This document shows, piece after piece, positions 7,479 through 17,646 of a DNA stretch of 32,000 nt; positions within the stretch are counted from its first letter, which is position 1; each line of letters opens with the position of its first letter. The translations under genes were made by a program, and so were the position numbers. This DNA comes from Candidatus Saccharimonadota bacterium (lineage in GTDB: Bacteria > Patescibacteriota > Saccharimonadia > Saccharimonadales > Saccharimonadaceae): assembly GCA_023898645.1 (NCBI GenBank), contig CP060232.1:690001-722000 (forward strand). Reading direction: 5' to 3'. The notes under the pieces were generated by a model. The model worked only from the letters and a program-made list of their open reading frames with translations. It made no database searches and had not been told where the DNA came from.

Positions 7479-8924
7479 ATGGCAAAACTGAAGCTGACTA
7501 ACTTTCTCACATACCGCTACCGGTATCAGATCGGCTACATACTAATCGTCGTCACGTTTCTAGCGTTATTAGTCGTGGCCGGATTGTTTGTGCCTGGTGG
7601 ATTTAGCAGCTCGGAAACCAAAGATTTCGTGCAGACTTCTGCTATGGATTTGCAAAACGCTAAAACACTAGCCATACCAAACATGCCGTTTTTTGCCGCT
7701 CAACGATTAAGCATCGATTTGTTTGGCTCCAGCACTTTTGCCTTCAAACTACCGGCACTTATATGTGCGTTTTTCACCGGCATTGGTGCCGTACTGTTGT
7801 TGCGTCGGTGGTTCCGGCCAAATATAGCCGTACTCGCTACCGTCATCATGATTACGACGGGGCAGTTCCTGTACGTCGCACAGTCCGGCTCGGCGAATAT
7901 CACGTACATCATGTGGTCAGTGTGGCTTCTACTGATCGCCACTATGATTACGACGTCTGAGCGACACAAAACTTTTTGGAAGGCAGCCTTTTTCATAGCC
8001 ATGCCGCTCAGTTTATATACACCTATGAGTATCTACTTGGTACTAGCAATCATGAGCGCTGGTTTACTTCACCCACACGTACGTTACGTACTCAAAAAAA
8101 TGTCATGGCAACAGTTATTTACGTTTCTCTCAATTAGCACCGTCATCGCATTACCGCTTGGATACTTGGTTTTTACAAACCCCGAACTCATACTCGAATT
8201 AGTTGGCGCACCGGCAAGCTGGCCGCCAAACGTGCTTGAAAACCTCAAAATTATATTCCAGCAGTATTTCAACTTTATTCATCCGCAAAGTGGCAACCTA
8301 ATGACGCCGGTCCTCGATCTTGGCTCGATGGCATTAATCGTACTCGGCATATGGCAATTATTTAAGATTCGTTATACGGCCAGAAGCTACACGCTAACAG
8401 CATGGATAATCGTTCTCATACCAATTCTTATCATCAATCCGACGCTCACTACCGTCATGTTTGTGCCGCTTCTTCTTCTCCTGGCAAACGGTTTGAGCTA
8501 CTTGCTTCGTGCCTGGTACGAAATATTCCCACATAACCCCTATGCGCGCTTCGTGGGCGTTGTGCCTCTTACGATTTTAGTTGGAGGTTTAGTTACCTCT
8601 GGTTTATATCGTTACATAGACGGATACCGCTATGATCCAGAAACCGCCAACACGTTCAACCATGACTTAACGCTATACAACAGTCGTGTGCTAACCAAAA
8701 ACGTTACAACGATAGTCGTCACTGCAGAACAGCAACCGTTCTTTGACGCCGTAGCCCGCTACAATCCACATAAAAACATCGTAGTTCTTACCAAAGTACC
8801 AAATAACACCACCGAGTTCGCTGCCACTCGTGCGGCACATACTAGTATTAAAAGCGTACCGACGCGCATCATTACTACCGACGACAGCCGAAATAGCGAT
8901 CGGTTCTACATCTACAAAAAGTAG
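7479..8924 (+). CDS. polytopic membrane protein, tentatively a GT-C-fold (ArnT/PMT, GT39-like) glycosyltransferase
   Basis: 481 aa with about 10 or more hydrophobic segments followed by a soluble C-terminal domain of about 100 aa. The family call comes from overall architecture only. Confidence 0.6.
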   Translation: MAKLKLTNFLTYRYRYQIGYILIVVTFLALLVVAGLFVPGGFSSSETKDFVQTSAMDLQNAKTLAIPNMPFFAAQRLSIDLFGSSTFAFKLPALICAFFTGIGAVLLLRRWFRPNIAVLATVIMITTGQFLYVAQSGSANITYIMWSVWLLLIATMITTSERHKTFWKAAFFIAMPLSLYTPMSIYLVLAIMSAGLLHPHVRYVLKKMSWQQLFTFLSISTVIALPLGYLVFTNPELILELVGAPASWPPNVLENLKIIFQQYFNFIHPQSGNLMTPVLDLGSMALIVLGIWQLFKIRYTARSYTLTAWIIVLIPILIINPTLTTVMFVPLLLLLANGLSYLLRAWYEIFPHNPYARFVGVVPLTILVGGLVTSGLYRYIDGYRYDPETANTFNHDLTLYNSRVLTKNVTTIVVTAEQQPFFDAVARYNPHKNIVVLTKVPNNTTEFAATRAAHTSIKSVPTRIITTDDSRNSDRFYIYKK

Positions 8925-8935
8925 GAATTTTGCGG

Positions 8936-8941
8936 TATAAT
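8936..8941 (+). promoter_or_regulatory. candidate -10 box for ybaB-recR
   Basis: TATAAT 8936-8941 is followed by a leader carrying SD AAAGGGAG and the ATG at 8969. Confidence 0.45.
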
Positions 8942-8968
8942 AGCCTCAACTGTAAAGGGAGATAAATT

Positions 8969-9271
8969 ATGGCTTTTGACCAAATGAAGATGCTCAATGA
9001 TTTGCGTAAAGCGCAAAAAGAACTGAAGAAGCAAAAGGTTGTTGTTGTTGCCGGCGGCGAAGACGACGATCCAGCTGTCGAGATAACTATCAACGGTGAA
9101 CTGAAGGTTGAAAAAGTAAAAATCAACCCTGACTACGTTGACCTTAATGACATCGAAGAACTAGAAAACAACGTTGAAATCGCCATCCGCGATGGCATGC
9201 AAAAAGCTCAGGAAATCGCAGCAGCTAAGATGCAGCCGCTGATGGGAAGCCTAGGCAACCTCGGACTCTAG
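8969..9271 (+). CDS. ybaB: nucleoid-associated protein YbaB/EbfC
   Basis: 100 aa with a Lys-rich helical N-terminus (LRKAQKELKKQK). It has a VEITINGELKVEKVKINPDYVD core and a C-terminal MGSLGNLGL tail. Adjacent to recR. Confidence 0.9.
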   Translation: MAFDQMKMLNDLRKAQKELKKQKVVVVAGGEDDDPAVEITINGELKVEKVKINPDYVDLNDIEELENNVEIAIRDGMQKAQEIAAAKMQPLMGSLGNLGL

Positions 9272-9274
9272 CCT

Positions 9275-9889
9275 ATGAGCAGCTTGCTGCCCAAGGCCTT
9301 GACTGACGTCATAGAAGAACTCGGCCGCCTGCCGGGTGTTGGAGCGCGTACCGCGGAACGCTACGCGTACTATTTGCTTCGTGCCAAACCGACCGTCACC
9401 GACAAACTAGCAACTAGTTTAGAAAAGCTTCATAGTGGCGTGAAGTCATGCCCTGTCACATTTGCGCTCATCGATTCATCGCAGGATGTATCGCCACTCT
9501 ATAGCGACAAGTCGCGCGACCGTACAACAATTGCAGTCGTCGAAGAACCACTCGACATTGTGGCGCTAGAGCGCACAGGGCAGTACCATGGCACCTACCA
9601 CGTACTAGGCGGAGCAATTAGCCCGATCGACGGCATCGGCCCAGAACAACTACATATACCCGAGTTGATGGAACGTATCGTCAGTGACGAGGTACAGGAG
9701 ATTATCATTGCCACCAACGCCAGTGTAGAGGGAGAATCAACCGCGCTATTTCTGCAACGACAGGTGCAAGAAGCTGGCATAGACGTGAAAATGTCTCGCT
9801 TAGCCCGCGGTATACCCGTAGGTATCGATTTGGAATACGCCGACCAGATCACACTCGGTCATGCACTCGAAGGTAGGCGAATACTTTAG
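9275..9889 (+). CDS. recR: recombination protein RecR (variant lacking the Cys4 zinc finger)
   Basis: HhH LPGVGARTAERYAYYLL; Toprim region VVEEPLDIVALERTGQYHGTYHVLGG..SP.DGIGP, IIATNASVEGESTA and RGIPVGIDLEYAD. The start is 3 nt after the ybaB stop. Confidence 0.93.
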   Translation: MSSLLPKALTDVIEELGRLPGVGARTAERYAYYLLRAKPTVTDKLATSLEKLHSGVKSCPVTFALIDSSQDVSPLYSDKSRDRTTIAVVEEPLDIVALERTGQYHGTYHVLGGAISPIDGIGPEQLHIPELMERIVSDEVQEIIIATNASVEGESTALFLQRQVQEAGIDVKMSRLARGIPVGIDLEYADQITLGHALEGRRIL

Positions 9890-9899
9890 AAATTAAAAA

Positions 9900-9923
9900 C
9901 GGGAAGCGTGTAAACGCTTCCCG
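9900..9923 (-). terminator. rho-independent terminator for the minus-strand membrane-protein gene
   Basis: CGGGAAGCG (9900-9908) pairs with CGCTTCCCG (9915-9923). The T run follows on the minus strand (complement of 9895-9899). Confidence 0.6.
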
Positions 9924-9942
9924 GGATGACATCGCCTAGATG

Positions 9943-10308
9943 TCACCGCAAGGTGCGAGGGTCTCTTTGTCGTATGTAGTAGATGAGCGCGCCCAATGCT
10001 ACCACGAACGGTACGACCCATAGCGTGCTCGGCCACGTCGCATGGACGCCAGCGGCCACAAGGATACTTGTCGGTGCCAGCAGAATGGCCCACCACACGC
10101 AGTTGAACACGAAAACTGTAACCGTGTCGACTACTAGCATGGGCAAACGAACGAGAAACATAGAACGATAATTCTCGTTGAAAAAAAGAATTGCGCCCAT
10201 TGCTGCAAGAACGAAAGCGATCACCAGCCCTACGATGACACTAGTAATCAGAGTATCGGCAGATATACCGAGCGCATATGTCCAGAAATCAAGCATAGTC
10301 CCATCCAT
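9943..10308 (-). CDS. small integral membrane protein, about 4 TM segments, unknown function
   Basis: 121-aa ORF dominated by hydrophobic segments, followed by a terminator. The start may be the internal Met 4 codons downstream. Confidence 0.6.
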   Translation of the reverse strand: MDGTMLDFWTYALGISADTLITSVIVGLVIAFVLAAMGAILFFNENYRSMFLVRLPMLVVDTVTVFVFNCVWWAILLAPTSILVAAGVHATWPSTLWVVPFVVALGALIYYIRQRDPRTLR

Positions 10309-10380
10309 TCGCTACAAGGAACTATCGATGGCGGATGCCACTGATGTCCGGATTATGGCACTGTAGCCACGAAAGGTCAA

Positions 10381-10419
10381 ACAAAAAGGGCGGGGCGCGT
10401 TGTTAAACGCGCACCGCCC
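10381..10419 (-). terminator. rho-independent terminator
   Basis: GC-rich 12-bp stem (10388-10399 with 10408-10419, one mismatch). The T run follows on the minus strand (complement of 10382-10387). Confidence 0.7.
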
Positions 10420-10431
10420 AGCCAGAGGCTA

Positions 10432-10728
10432 TTACGAGTAGCCGAGAAAGTTACCCTCGGAATCGACAACCTCGTGCATACCGTGGTTACGGTAGTCCAT
10501 TTGCTTGGTCGCTGCGGCCCTTTTGAGACGATTCTTCTCTCGAAGGGCGGCCATAGGCTTCATGACGACAGTTGCACCGCCGATTATGCCTGCAATGACA
10601 GTCCCGTCAAAGACGGCCCATCCGGCATCTGCCAGAGACAGCGAACCAGTGGAGGCGAATATACCTGCCATTATGAGCGCCGCGACAATCAGGATTGACC
10701 TGACGCTTACGAACATGATTTTTACCAT
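10432..10728 (-). CDS. small membrane protein, 98 aa, 2 TM segments plus a charged tail
   Basis: The Met at 10728 is preceded on the minus strand by SD AGGAGGA. The track ORF extends further upstream across the divergent promoter region. Confidence 0.6.
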   Translation of the reverse strand: MVKIMFVSVRSILIVAALIMAGIFASTGSLSLADAGWAVFDGTVIAGIIGGATVVMKPMAALREKNRLKRAAATKQMDYRNHGMHEVVDSEGNFLGYS

Positions 10729-10840
10729 ATCTCCTCCTGAGATCAGGGCGTGCGAGTCAAAACGGATGTCATGACTATTGTATGCTACTATAATATTTTT
10801 ATCGTAAAATGTCAATGAGCGTGTTATCTTGGCGCACCTC

Positions 10841-10849
10841 TGATACAAT
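10841..10849 (+). promoter_or_regulatory. extended -10 promoter TGaTACAAT placed 7 nt before the ATG (leaderless arrangement)
   Basis: TGATACAAT 10841-10849, 7-nt spacer, ATG at 10857. Confidence 0.5.
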
Positions 10850-10856
10850 AGTCCTA

Positions 10857-11849
10857 ATGTACGAACAAGCCACAAAACTAATAAACGACGCCCATAAAAT
10901 CATCGTCATACAAGCCGAAAACCCAGACGGTGACAGTATAGGTAGCTCCGTCGCGCTCGAAGAAATTCTAGGCGATCTTGGCAAAGATGTCGTGCTTTAT
11001 TGCCCGGTCGACATACCGAAGTACTTACGCTACATCAAAGGCTGGGATCGCGTTACTGCAAACTTCGACACAAATGCCGACTTGGCTATCATCGTAGATA
11101 CGGCAGCCGACGTGCTCATCACCAAAGTACTAGAAACTCCCGGTGTACGACATTTTCTAGAAACACACCCGGTACTCGTCATCGATCATCATACGACTGA
11201 ATCAAACTTATCGTTTGAGCACGCCATGCTGTCACAAGAGGCCGTCGCAACTAGCGAAGTTATCTATGGGCTAGCTAGTAGTAATAGCTGGCAAATCAAT
11301 GCCCAAGCTGCCGAAAACATGATGATTGCCATTATGAGCGACAGTTTAGGCCTGACAACACAAAGCGTTACTGCCGCTACCTATGAAGTCTGTAGCAAAC
11401 TCGCCGCACTCGGCGCGAAAAACTCCAACATAGAAGAACGGCGTCGTGAGTTTATGAAAAAGGCACCGGAAATCCTTGCCTACAAAGGCGAATTAATCGG
11501 TCGAATTGAATATTTCCTCGACGGCAAACTAGCTCTCGTGCATATACCATGGGGAGATATACAGAAATACAGCGACCAGTACAACCCAAGCGTGCTGGTG
11601 CTCGACGAAATGCGCCTCGTGGAGGGTGTCGAAGTAGGTGTGGCCATTAAAACATACCCCGACGGTAAACTAACGGGTAAACTACGGTCTAACATGCCTA
11701 TATCAGAGACCATTGCCGGCTACTTCGGAGGCGGAGGCCACCAGTACGCAGCCGGGTTCCGCGTATATGAAGACTATGACAAAATAATAAAGGAACTAGT
11801 AGAAGCGACAGACAAGGCACTGAAAGATCATGACAATCAGACTGCATAA
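10857..11849 (+). CDS. DHH/DHHA1 phosphoesterase (NrnA-like oligoribonuclease/pAp phosphatase)
   Basis: Motifs DGDSIGS, VDTA, DHH in VIDHHT, and DHHA1 GGGHQYAAG. Start chosen at the Met in MYEQATKLI. Confidence 0.85.
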   Translation: MYEQATKLINDAHKIIVIQAENPDGDSIGSSVALEEILGDLGKDVVLYCPVDIPKYLRYIKGWDRVTANFDTNADLAIIVDTAADVLITKVLETPGVRHFLETHPVLVIDHHTTESNLSFEHAMLSQEAVATSEVIYGLASSNSWQINAQAAENMMIAIMSDSLGLTTQSVTAATYEVCSKLAALGAKNSNIEERRREFMKKAPEILAYKGELIGRIEYFLDGKLALVHIPWGDIQKYSDQYNPSVLVLDEMRLVEGVEVGVAIKTYPDGKLTGKLRSNMPISETIAGYFGGGGHQYAAGFRVYEDYDKIIKELVEATDKALKDHDNQTA

Positions 11850-13254
11850 TACGCTGACAAAAAACATAGACGAGCTACGTCCGCTTAGTGATAATCGCGT
11901 CACGATGTATAGTTGTGGCCCTACAGTCTACGACCACGTTCATATCGGCAATCTCAGCGCATTTATCACGGCTGACATCTTGCGGCGTGTCGTCGCATCT
12001 AACGGCATAGACGTCAAACATGTCATGAACTTCACCGATGTCGACGACAAAACAATTCGTCGCAGCCATGAAAAATATCCCGATTTCGACGCGATGGATG
12101 CACTGCGTAAACTGACTGCCGAATACAGCAAATTATTCCTACTAGACATGCAGGCTATTGGCAATAACATCGAAGCGCTAACGTTCATAAGAGCAGCAGA
12201 CGACGAAACCATCGAAGGTATGCGCCAGCTTATCTCAGAGCTCCATGACAAAGGTTTTGCCTATATCGCAGATGATGGCGTGTATTTCAGCATCGATGCA
12301 TACAAAAAATCCGGCAAAAAGTACGGACAACTTGTTGATATCACCGACGAAAGCACCGGCAGCGAACGTATCCAAAACGACGAATACGACAAAGAGTCGG
12401 CGCATGATTTCGCACTATGGAAAAAGCAAAAGGATGGTGAACCTGCCTGGGAATTTACACTCGACGGCACCGATCTTTTAGGACGGCCAGGGTGGCATAT
12501 CGAATGCTCAGTCATGAGCCGTATGGAGCTGGGTCAACCATTCGACATCCACACCGGCGGCATTGACTTGGCGTTCCCGCACCACGAAAACGAAATCGCT
12601 CAAAGTACAGCCGGCCATGACGACCCGAACTATGCACAAGTTTTTGTTCACAACGAACATATATTAGTTGACGGTAAAAAGATGGCAAAAAGTGCCAACA
12701 ACTTCTATACACTGAGCGACCTGAAAGAAAAAGGTGTTGATCCGCTCGCATTTCGTCTACTAGTGTTGCAGTCTCATTACAGAAAACCAACGAATTTCAG
12801 CTTAGAAAATGCCCAGGCTGCGCATAATCGTCTGCGACACTGGCGCACTGTCTCGGCACTGCGTCACCAGACTCACGAAATGCATAGCAACGGAGACAAC
12901 CCGTCACTTGCAGTCATTGGTAAAATTCGTGAAGCATTAAACGATGACCTAAACACGCCTGAAGCGTTGCGAATCATTGACGAAGCTTTCTCGTACCTGG
13001 AAGCTCATAAACTAGAAAGTATCAGTCATAATTCGTTAGTACAGCTACTTGAAGCTATCGACGATATGCTTGGCCTACAACTACTTGAAACTACGGCTGA
13101 TATTACGAATGAACAAAAACAGCTCATCATGGAACGCCAACGCGCTCGTGAAGCTAAAGACTGGGAAAGATCAGACCAAATTCGTGATGAACTTGCAAAG
13201 CAGGGGATAGTAATTCGCGACAGTGCTAGTGGCGCAATATGGGAATACGCATAA
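11830..13254 (+). CDS. cysS: cysteine--tRNA ligase
   Basis: Motifs YSCGPTVYDHVHIGN (HIGH), GWHIECS, FPHHENE and KMAKS, with a C-terminal anticodon-binding/DALR-like region. The gene overlaps the upstream gene by 20 nt. Confidence 0.95.
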   Translation: MTIRLHNTLTKNIDELRPLSDNRVTMYSCGPTVYDHVHIGNLSAFITADILRRVVASNGIDVKHVMNFTDVDDKTIRRSHEKYPDFDAMDALRKLTAEYSKLFLLDMQAIGNNIEALTFIRAADDETIEGMRQLISELHDKGFAYIADDGVYFSIDAYKKSGKKYGQLVDITDESTGSERIQNDEYDKESAHDFALWKKQKDGEPAWEFTLDGTDLLGRPGWHIECSVMSRMELGQPFDIHTGGIDLAFPHHENEIAQSTAGHDDPNYAQVFVHNEHILVDGKKMAKSANNFYTLSDLKEKGVDPLAFRLLVLQSHYRKPTNFSLENAQAAHNRLRHWRTVSALRHQTHEMHSNGDNPSLAVIGKIREALNDDLNTPEALRIIDEAFSYLEAHKLESISHNSLVQLLEAIDDMLGLQLLETTADITNEQKQLIMERQRAREAKDWERSDQIRDELAKQGIVIRDSASGAIWEYA

Positions 13255-13263
13255 GCGTAAGCA

Positions 13264-13292
13264 TTGACATTATATAAAAAAGGTGGTATATT
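13264..13292 (+). promoter_or_regulatory. sigma70-type promoter with extended -10
   Basis: TTGACA (13264-13269), 17-nt spacer, TGgTATATT (13284-13292). Confidence 0.6.
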
Positions 13293-13334
13293 GTATTCAT
13301 CGTTATCCTACTACCGAAAGCAAAGGAGCTTAAG

Positions 13335-13487
13335 GTGACGACGCAACTACGCACATTCCTGGTGCAACTTATGGTGAAAATCCACATTCTCGAACCGCGT
13401 GAACCGCACTCGAAGAAAAAGACACTCATGGATTTTTACAAAGAAAATGATATGTGGACGGGATTTTCGCGAGTCGCACCCCACTAA
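13335..13487 (+). CDS. candidate small protein, 50 aa (below the ORF-track cutoff)
   Basis: GTG start after SD AAGGAG (13323-13328). It is flanked by its own consensus promoter and terminator. Peptide: MTTQLRTFLVQLMVKIHILEPREPHSKKKTLMDFYKENDMWTGFSRVAPH. Confidence 0.4.
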   Translation: MTTQLRTFLVQLMVKIHILEPREPHSKKKTLMDFYKENDMWTGFSRVAPH

Positions 13488-13501
13488 CCACATCGAACTT
13501 A

Positions 13502-13536
13502 AGTCCCGGTCACTACGACCGGGACTGTTCTTGTTT
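13502..13536 (+). terminator. rho-independent terminator (copy 1 of a repeated terminator)
   Basis: AGTCCCGGTC (13502-13511) pairs with GACCGGGACT (13517-13526), followed by a T-rich tail. Confidence 0.75.
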
Positions 13537-13563
13537 GGATATATTGCTTTTTTATTATTCTTA

Positions 13564-13572
13564 TGTTATAAT
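13564..13572 (+). promoter_or_regulatory. extended -10 promoter TGtTATAAT
   Basis: 13564-13572, upstream of the SD GAGAGAGGA and the ATG at 13616. Confidence 0.45.
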
Positions 13573-13615
13573 TATATAAAGTTCGTACATCGACAATTCA
13601 ACCGAGAGAGGAACG

Positions 13616-13930
13616 ATGGGCTACAACGACCCCTGCAGGCGTAAGGCAATCGCCGCAAGCATCGGCGAATACGAGGAAACCCCCGAAGAACTCAGCTGGA
13701 GCAGTAACAAGGTACAGCAAGCCTTCGAATCATACCAAGCTATAGAAGAGCGCGAAGCCTATGACGAGGCACGACGCATCTACGTCGGCCTGCGCCAGAG
13801 AGGTGAAACTCCCAGTGCGTGGTGGCGCAATCAGAATCAAAGCAGCTACTTCAGCCAGCAGGTTCATGACGCGCTATGCGACATCTGGGAAAGCAACCAC
13901 ATGGGTCCGACCTCCGAGTTGATGCGCTGA
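13616..13930 (+). CDS. hypothetical protein, 104 aa
   Basis: ORF with an SD, its own promoter and a terminator. No motif recognised. Confidence 0.55.
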   Translation: MGYNDPCRRKAIAASIGEYEETPEELSWSSNKVQQAFESYQAIEEREAYDEARRIYVGLRQRGETPSAWWRNQNQSSYFSQQVHDALCDIWESNHMGPTSELMR

Positions 13931-13992
13931 TACGCGCCCACCTCGTAGAAAGTTGACACTCTCTGTGTCTTCGTCTCGGTGAAGTACGAACA

Positions 13993-14016
13993 AGCCCCGG
14001 TTTTACGACCGGGGCT
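13993..14016. terminator. bidirectional terminator (copy 2 of the repeated terminator)
   Basis: AGCCCCGGT (13993-14001) pairs with ACCGGGGCT (14008-14016). It has T-rich flanks on both strands and lies between convergent genes. Confidence 0.7.
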
Positions 14017-14024
14017 GTTCATTT

Positions 14025-15155
14025 CTATGTGTTATCTTGGATCTTTTTGACAAGTAAGCCAGAATGCTTCTCACTCTCAGTGCGGTGTTTTTTGGCACGT
14101 TCCACATAAGCCTCTAGCAGCACTTTTATACATCCGGCAATCGGTATAGAGATGATACCGCCTGCAATACCAAACAAGTACAACCCGACCGTTACCGAGC
14201 CTAAAATGGCAAGCGCAGATAATTCGACTGTCTTTGATTGAATAGCTGGTGATATAAAGTTGTTTTCAATTTGCTGATAAATGACAAAATAGATTGCAAA
14301 TACGAGTGATGCCGTAAGGTCGTTAAAAGCAAGTAATAAACAAATGAGTATACCGCCAATAGTCGCGCCAAACATAGGAATTAGCGAAAGAAGAAACGCG
14401 ATAGCCGCAGTTGGTAGTGCCAAGTTGACCGGAACGTGAAAAATGAAGCTCATGACAAATACGGTTAATCCCGCAAAAAATGCGCCAATACCCGAAACCG
14501 CCAACTGACCGGTAACGTAGCCAGTTACGACATTATACATGCGAACTGCTAGCTTGCGATGAGCCTTCATACGATCTTGGTCGTTATATACACCCCACAC
14601 GAGCTTTAGCCAATTTGGAGCTTCGACCAACATAAGGAACGACAATACGAGAACGAGGAACAAGCTGGTAAGGAAGCCGAACAACGAACCGACGCTATTG
14701 ATAAGGTTAGAACCGATATGGGCAGCCCAGTCTGTAGCATTGTTGCGGATTGAATCGAGAGCTTGATTTACTTGAGTTTGCAGACCATAGTGCTCAACGA
14801 TTTTATGAAGACCATGCCATTGAGTCTGAATCTGGTCTACTACTGACGGAAGCGATTCGACAACGCGTGCTGTTTGCTCAATGATTGGCGGTACGACAAA
14901 TGATAGGAAAACACCGATCAGGCCAACGACGATAACATAGGCGATAGCTGTCCCGCCAACACGGCTTTTGCCTGGTAATTTGTTTGCCAGTGCAGTAACC
15001 GGCCGATTAAGTGCCAGTGCCAAAAAGAAAGCCGTACCAAGAATAATAAGCGCCTGACGAGCGATAATGATAGCTTCAACTACTAGCAAAAATGCAGCGA
15101 TAACCAGCCAAAAACGGACAAATGTTTTAGTTTCGATCTCGATGCGTACTTTCAT
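14025..15155 (-). CDS. AI-2E family (PerM/YhhT-like) transporter
   Basis: About 376 aa and about 8 TM segments, with the family-typical layout and a charged C-terminal tail. The family call is from overall resemblance. Start chosen at the Met in MKVRIEIETK. Confidence 0.78.
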   Translation of the reverse strand: MKVRIEIETKTFVRFWLVIAAFLLVVEAIIIARQALIILGTAFFLALALNRPVTALANKLPGKSRVGGTAIAYVIVVGLIGVFLSFVVPPIIEQTARVVESLPSVVDQIQTQWHGLHKIVEHYGLQTQVNQALDSIRNNATDWAAHIGSNLINSVGSLFGFLTSLFLVLVLSFLMLVEAPNWLKLVWGVYNDQDRMKAHRKLAVRMYNVVTGYVTGQLAVSGIGAFFAGLTVFVMSFIFHVPVNLALPTAAIAFLLSLIPMFGATIGGILICLLLAFNDLTASLVFAIYFVIYQQIENNFISPAIQSKTVELSALAILGSVTVGLYLFGIAGGIISIPIAGCIKVLLEAYVERAKKHRTESEKHSGLLVKKIQDNT

Positions 15156-15162
15156 CGTTTTA

Positions 15163-15168
15163 AGTATA
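15163..15168 (-). promoter_or_regulatory. -10 box TATACT placed 7 nt before the ATG (leaderless arrangement)
   Basis: The minus strand reads TATACT, then TAAAACG, then ATG (ATG = complement of 15153-15155). Confidence 0.5.
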
Positions 15169-15274
15169 TCTGATATAGAGTATTTTGAACAGATACAAAC
15201 CTTATGCTTGAAAGGGGACACGACTTCTGCGATACTGGCGGCAATTGTCGTTTCTCGATCAGAAAGGTGAGACG

Positions 15275-15655
15275 ATGAACGAACCTATTCGCATATTGTA
15301 CTTAGATTCGATAGAAGCGGGTGATTACGTCACTATACACACAGGCGACGACAAGAAGTACGTTTTTATCAAAAATGACTCTCGACTCGAACTGCAGCTT
15401 GATGAATCGGATGTCCCGGACGAACTACATAATTGCATACGGTCAAACCGTAACGTGCAAGAGTTGTCATGCAGCCAAGACATCGAAATGAGCGACATGG
15501 TCGTCTACCTACTTCCAAGTAGCTCTCATGTAAGCGTAATTAAGGGCCTGGCATTATATCCGAAAGCATCATGCGCGGATTGGAATGATTTCCATAGTCG
15601 AAATTTTAATGCACCAAGAAGAGTAACTAAAATCGAGCACAGCAAACGCCAATAG
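15275..15655 (+). CDS. hypothetical protein, 126 aa
   Basis: ATG at 15275 after SD AAAGGTGAG, followed by a terminator. No motif recognised. Confidence 0.55.
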   Translation: MNEPIRILYLDSIEAGDYVTIHTGDDKKYVFIKNDSRLELQLDESDVPDELHNCIRSNRNVQELSCSQDIEMSDMVVYLLPSSSHVSVIKGLALYPKASCADWNDFHSRNFNAPRRVTKIEHSKRQ

Positions 15656-15682
15656 CCTGTCGACGCGTCGAGCACCTTGAAT

Positions 15683-17216
<1,534 letters not shown>

Positions 17217-17239
17217 CTATCCGAAGGGGGAATAAGGAA

Positions 17240-17485
17240 ATGACAAAACTATTTAACATACCGGTTACCATACTAAGTATGGGCTTCGGTCGCGATCTAC
17301 GCGCTATCCCGCGCCGCATGGAATTTGAAGGCAGAGCAGTTGACTTCGTCGACAACGGCTTATGCACGACAGTTCGCCGTGGTAATCAAATCGCCCAGAT
17401 ACTGGCACTAAGTGACGGTTTGCAGACCTTCCACCTGCGAAGCGACAATCATGGTGGCAGCTGGACATTGGTTGGTATAAACTAA
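17240..17485 (+). CDS. hypothetical protein, 81 aa
   Basis: ATG after SD AAGGAA (17234-17239), followed by a compound terminator hairpin. No motif recognised. Confidence 0.5.
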   Translation: MTKLFNIPVTILSMGFGRDLRAIPRRMEFEGRAVDFVDNGLCTTVRRGNQIAQILALSDGLQTFHLRSDNHGGSWTLVGIN

Positions 17486-17499
17486 ATGGTCCTCGATAC

Positions 17500-17542
17500 C
17501 TTCCCGAAACAGACATACAATCGTCTGCAAAGGGGAGGTTTT
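17500..17542 (+). terminator. rho-independent terminator (interrupted stem)
   Basis: CTTCCC-GAAA-CAGAC (17500-17514) pairs with GTCTG-CAAA-GGGGAG (17523-17537), followed by GTTTT. Confidence 0.55.
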
Positions 17543-17610
17543 GAGTTTAAAAATAAGATAATTTTCACTCACTATTAGTATTAAATAGTTTACTCAAATT
17601 ACGTTAGCGT

Positions 17611-17639
17611 TTGCCAAATAACACTATCTAATGTATAGT
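17611..17639 (+). promoter_or_regulatory. sigma70-type promoter placed for a leaderless hxlR-type gene
   Basis: TTGCCA (17611-17616), 17-nt spacer, TATAGT (17634-17639), then 7 nt to the ATG at 17647. Confidence 0.6.
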
Positions 17640-17646
17640 AAACTTT

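Noticed and set aside
17587-17644. 8-bp inverted repeat AGTTTACT / AGTAAACT around the hxlR-type promoter as an autoregulatory operator
   Set aside because: The arms are 42 nt apart in very AT-rich DNA, so a chance match is likely. There is no second supporting site.
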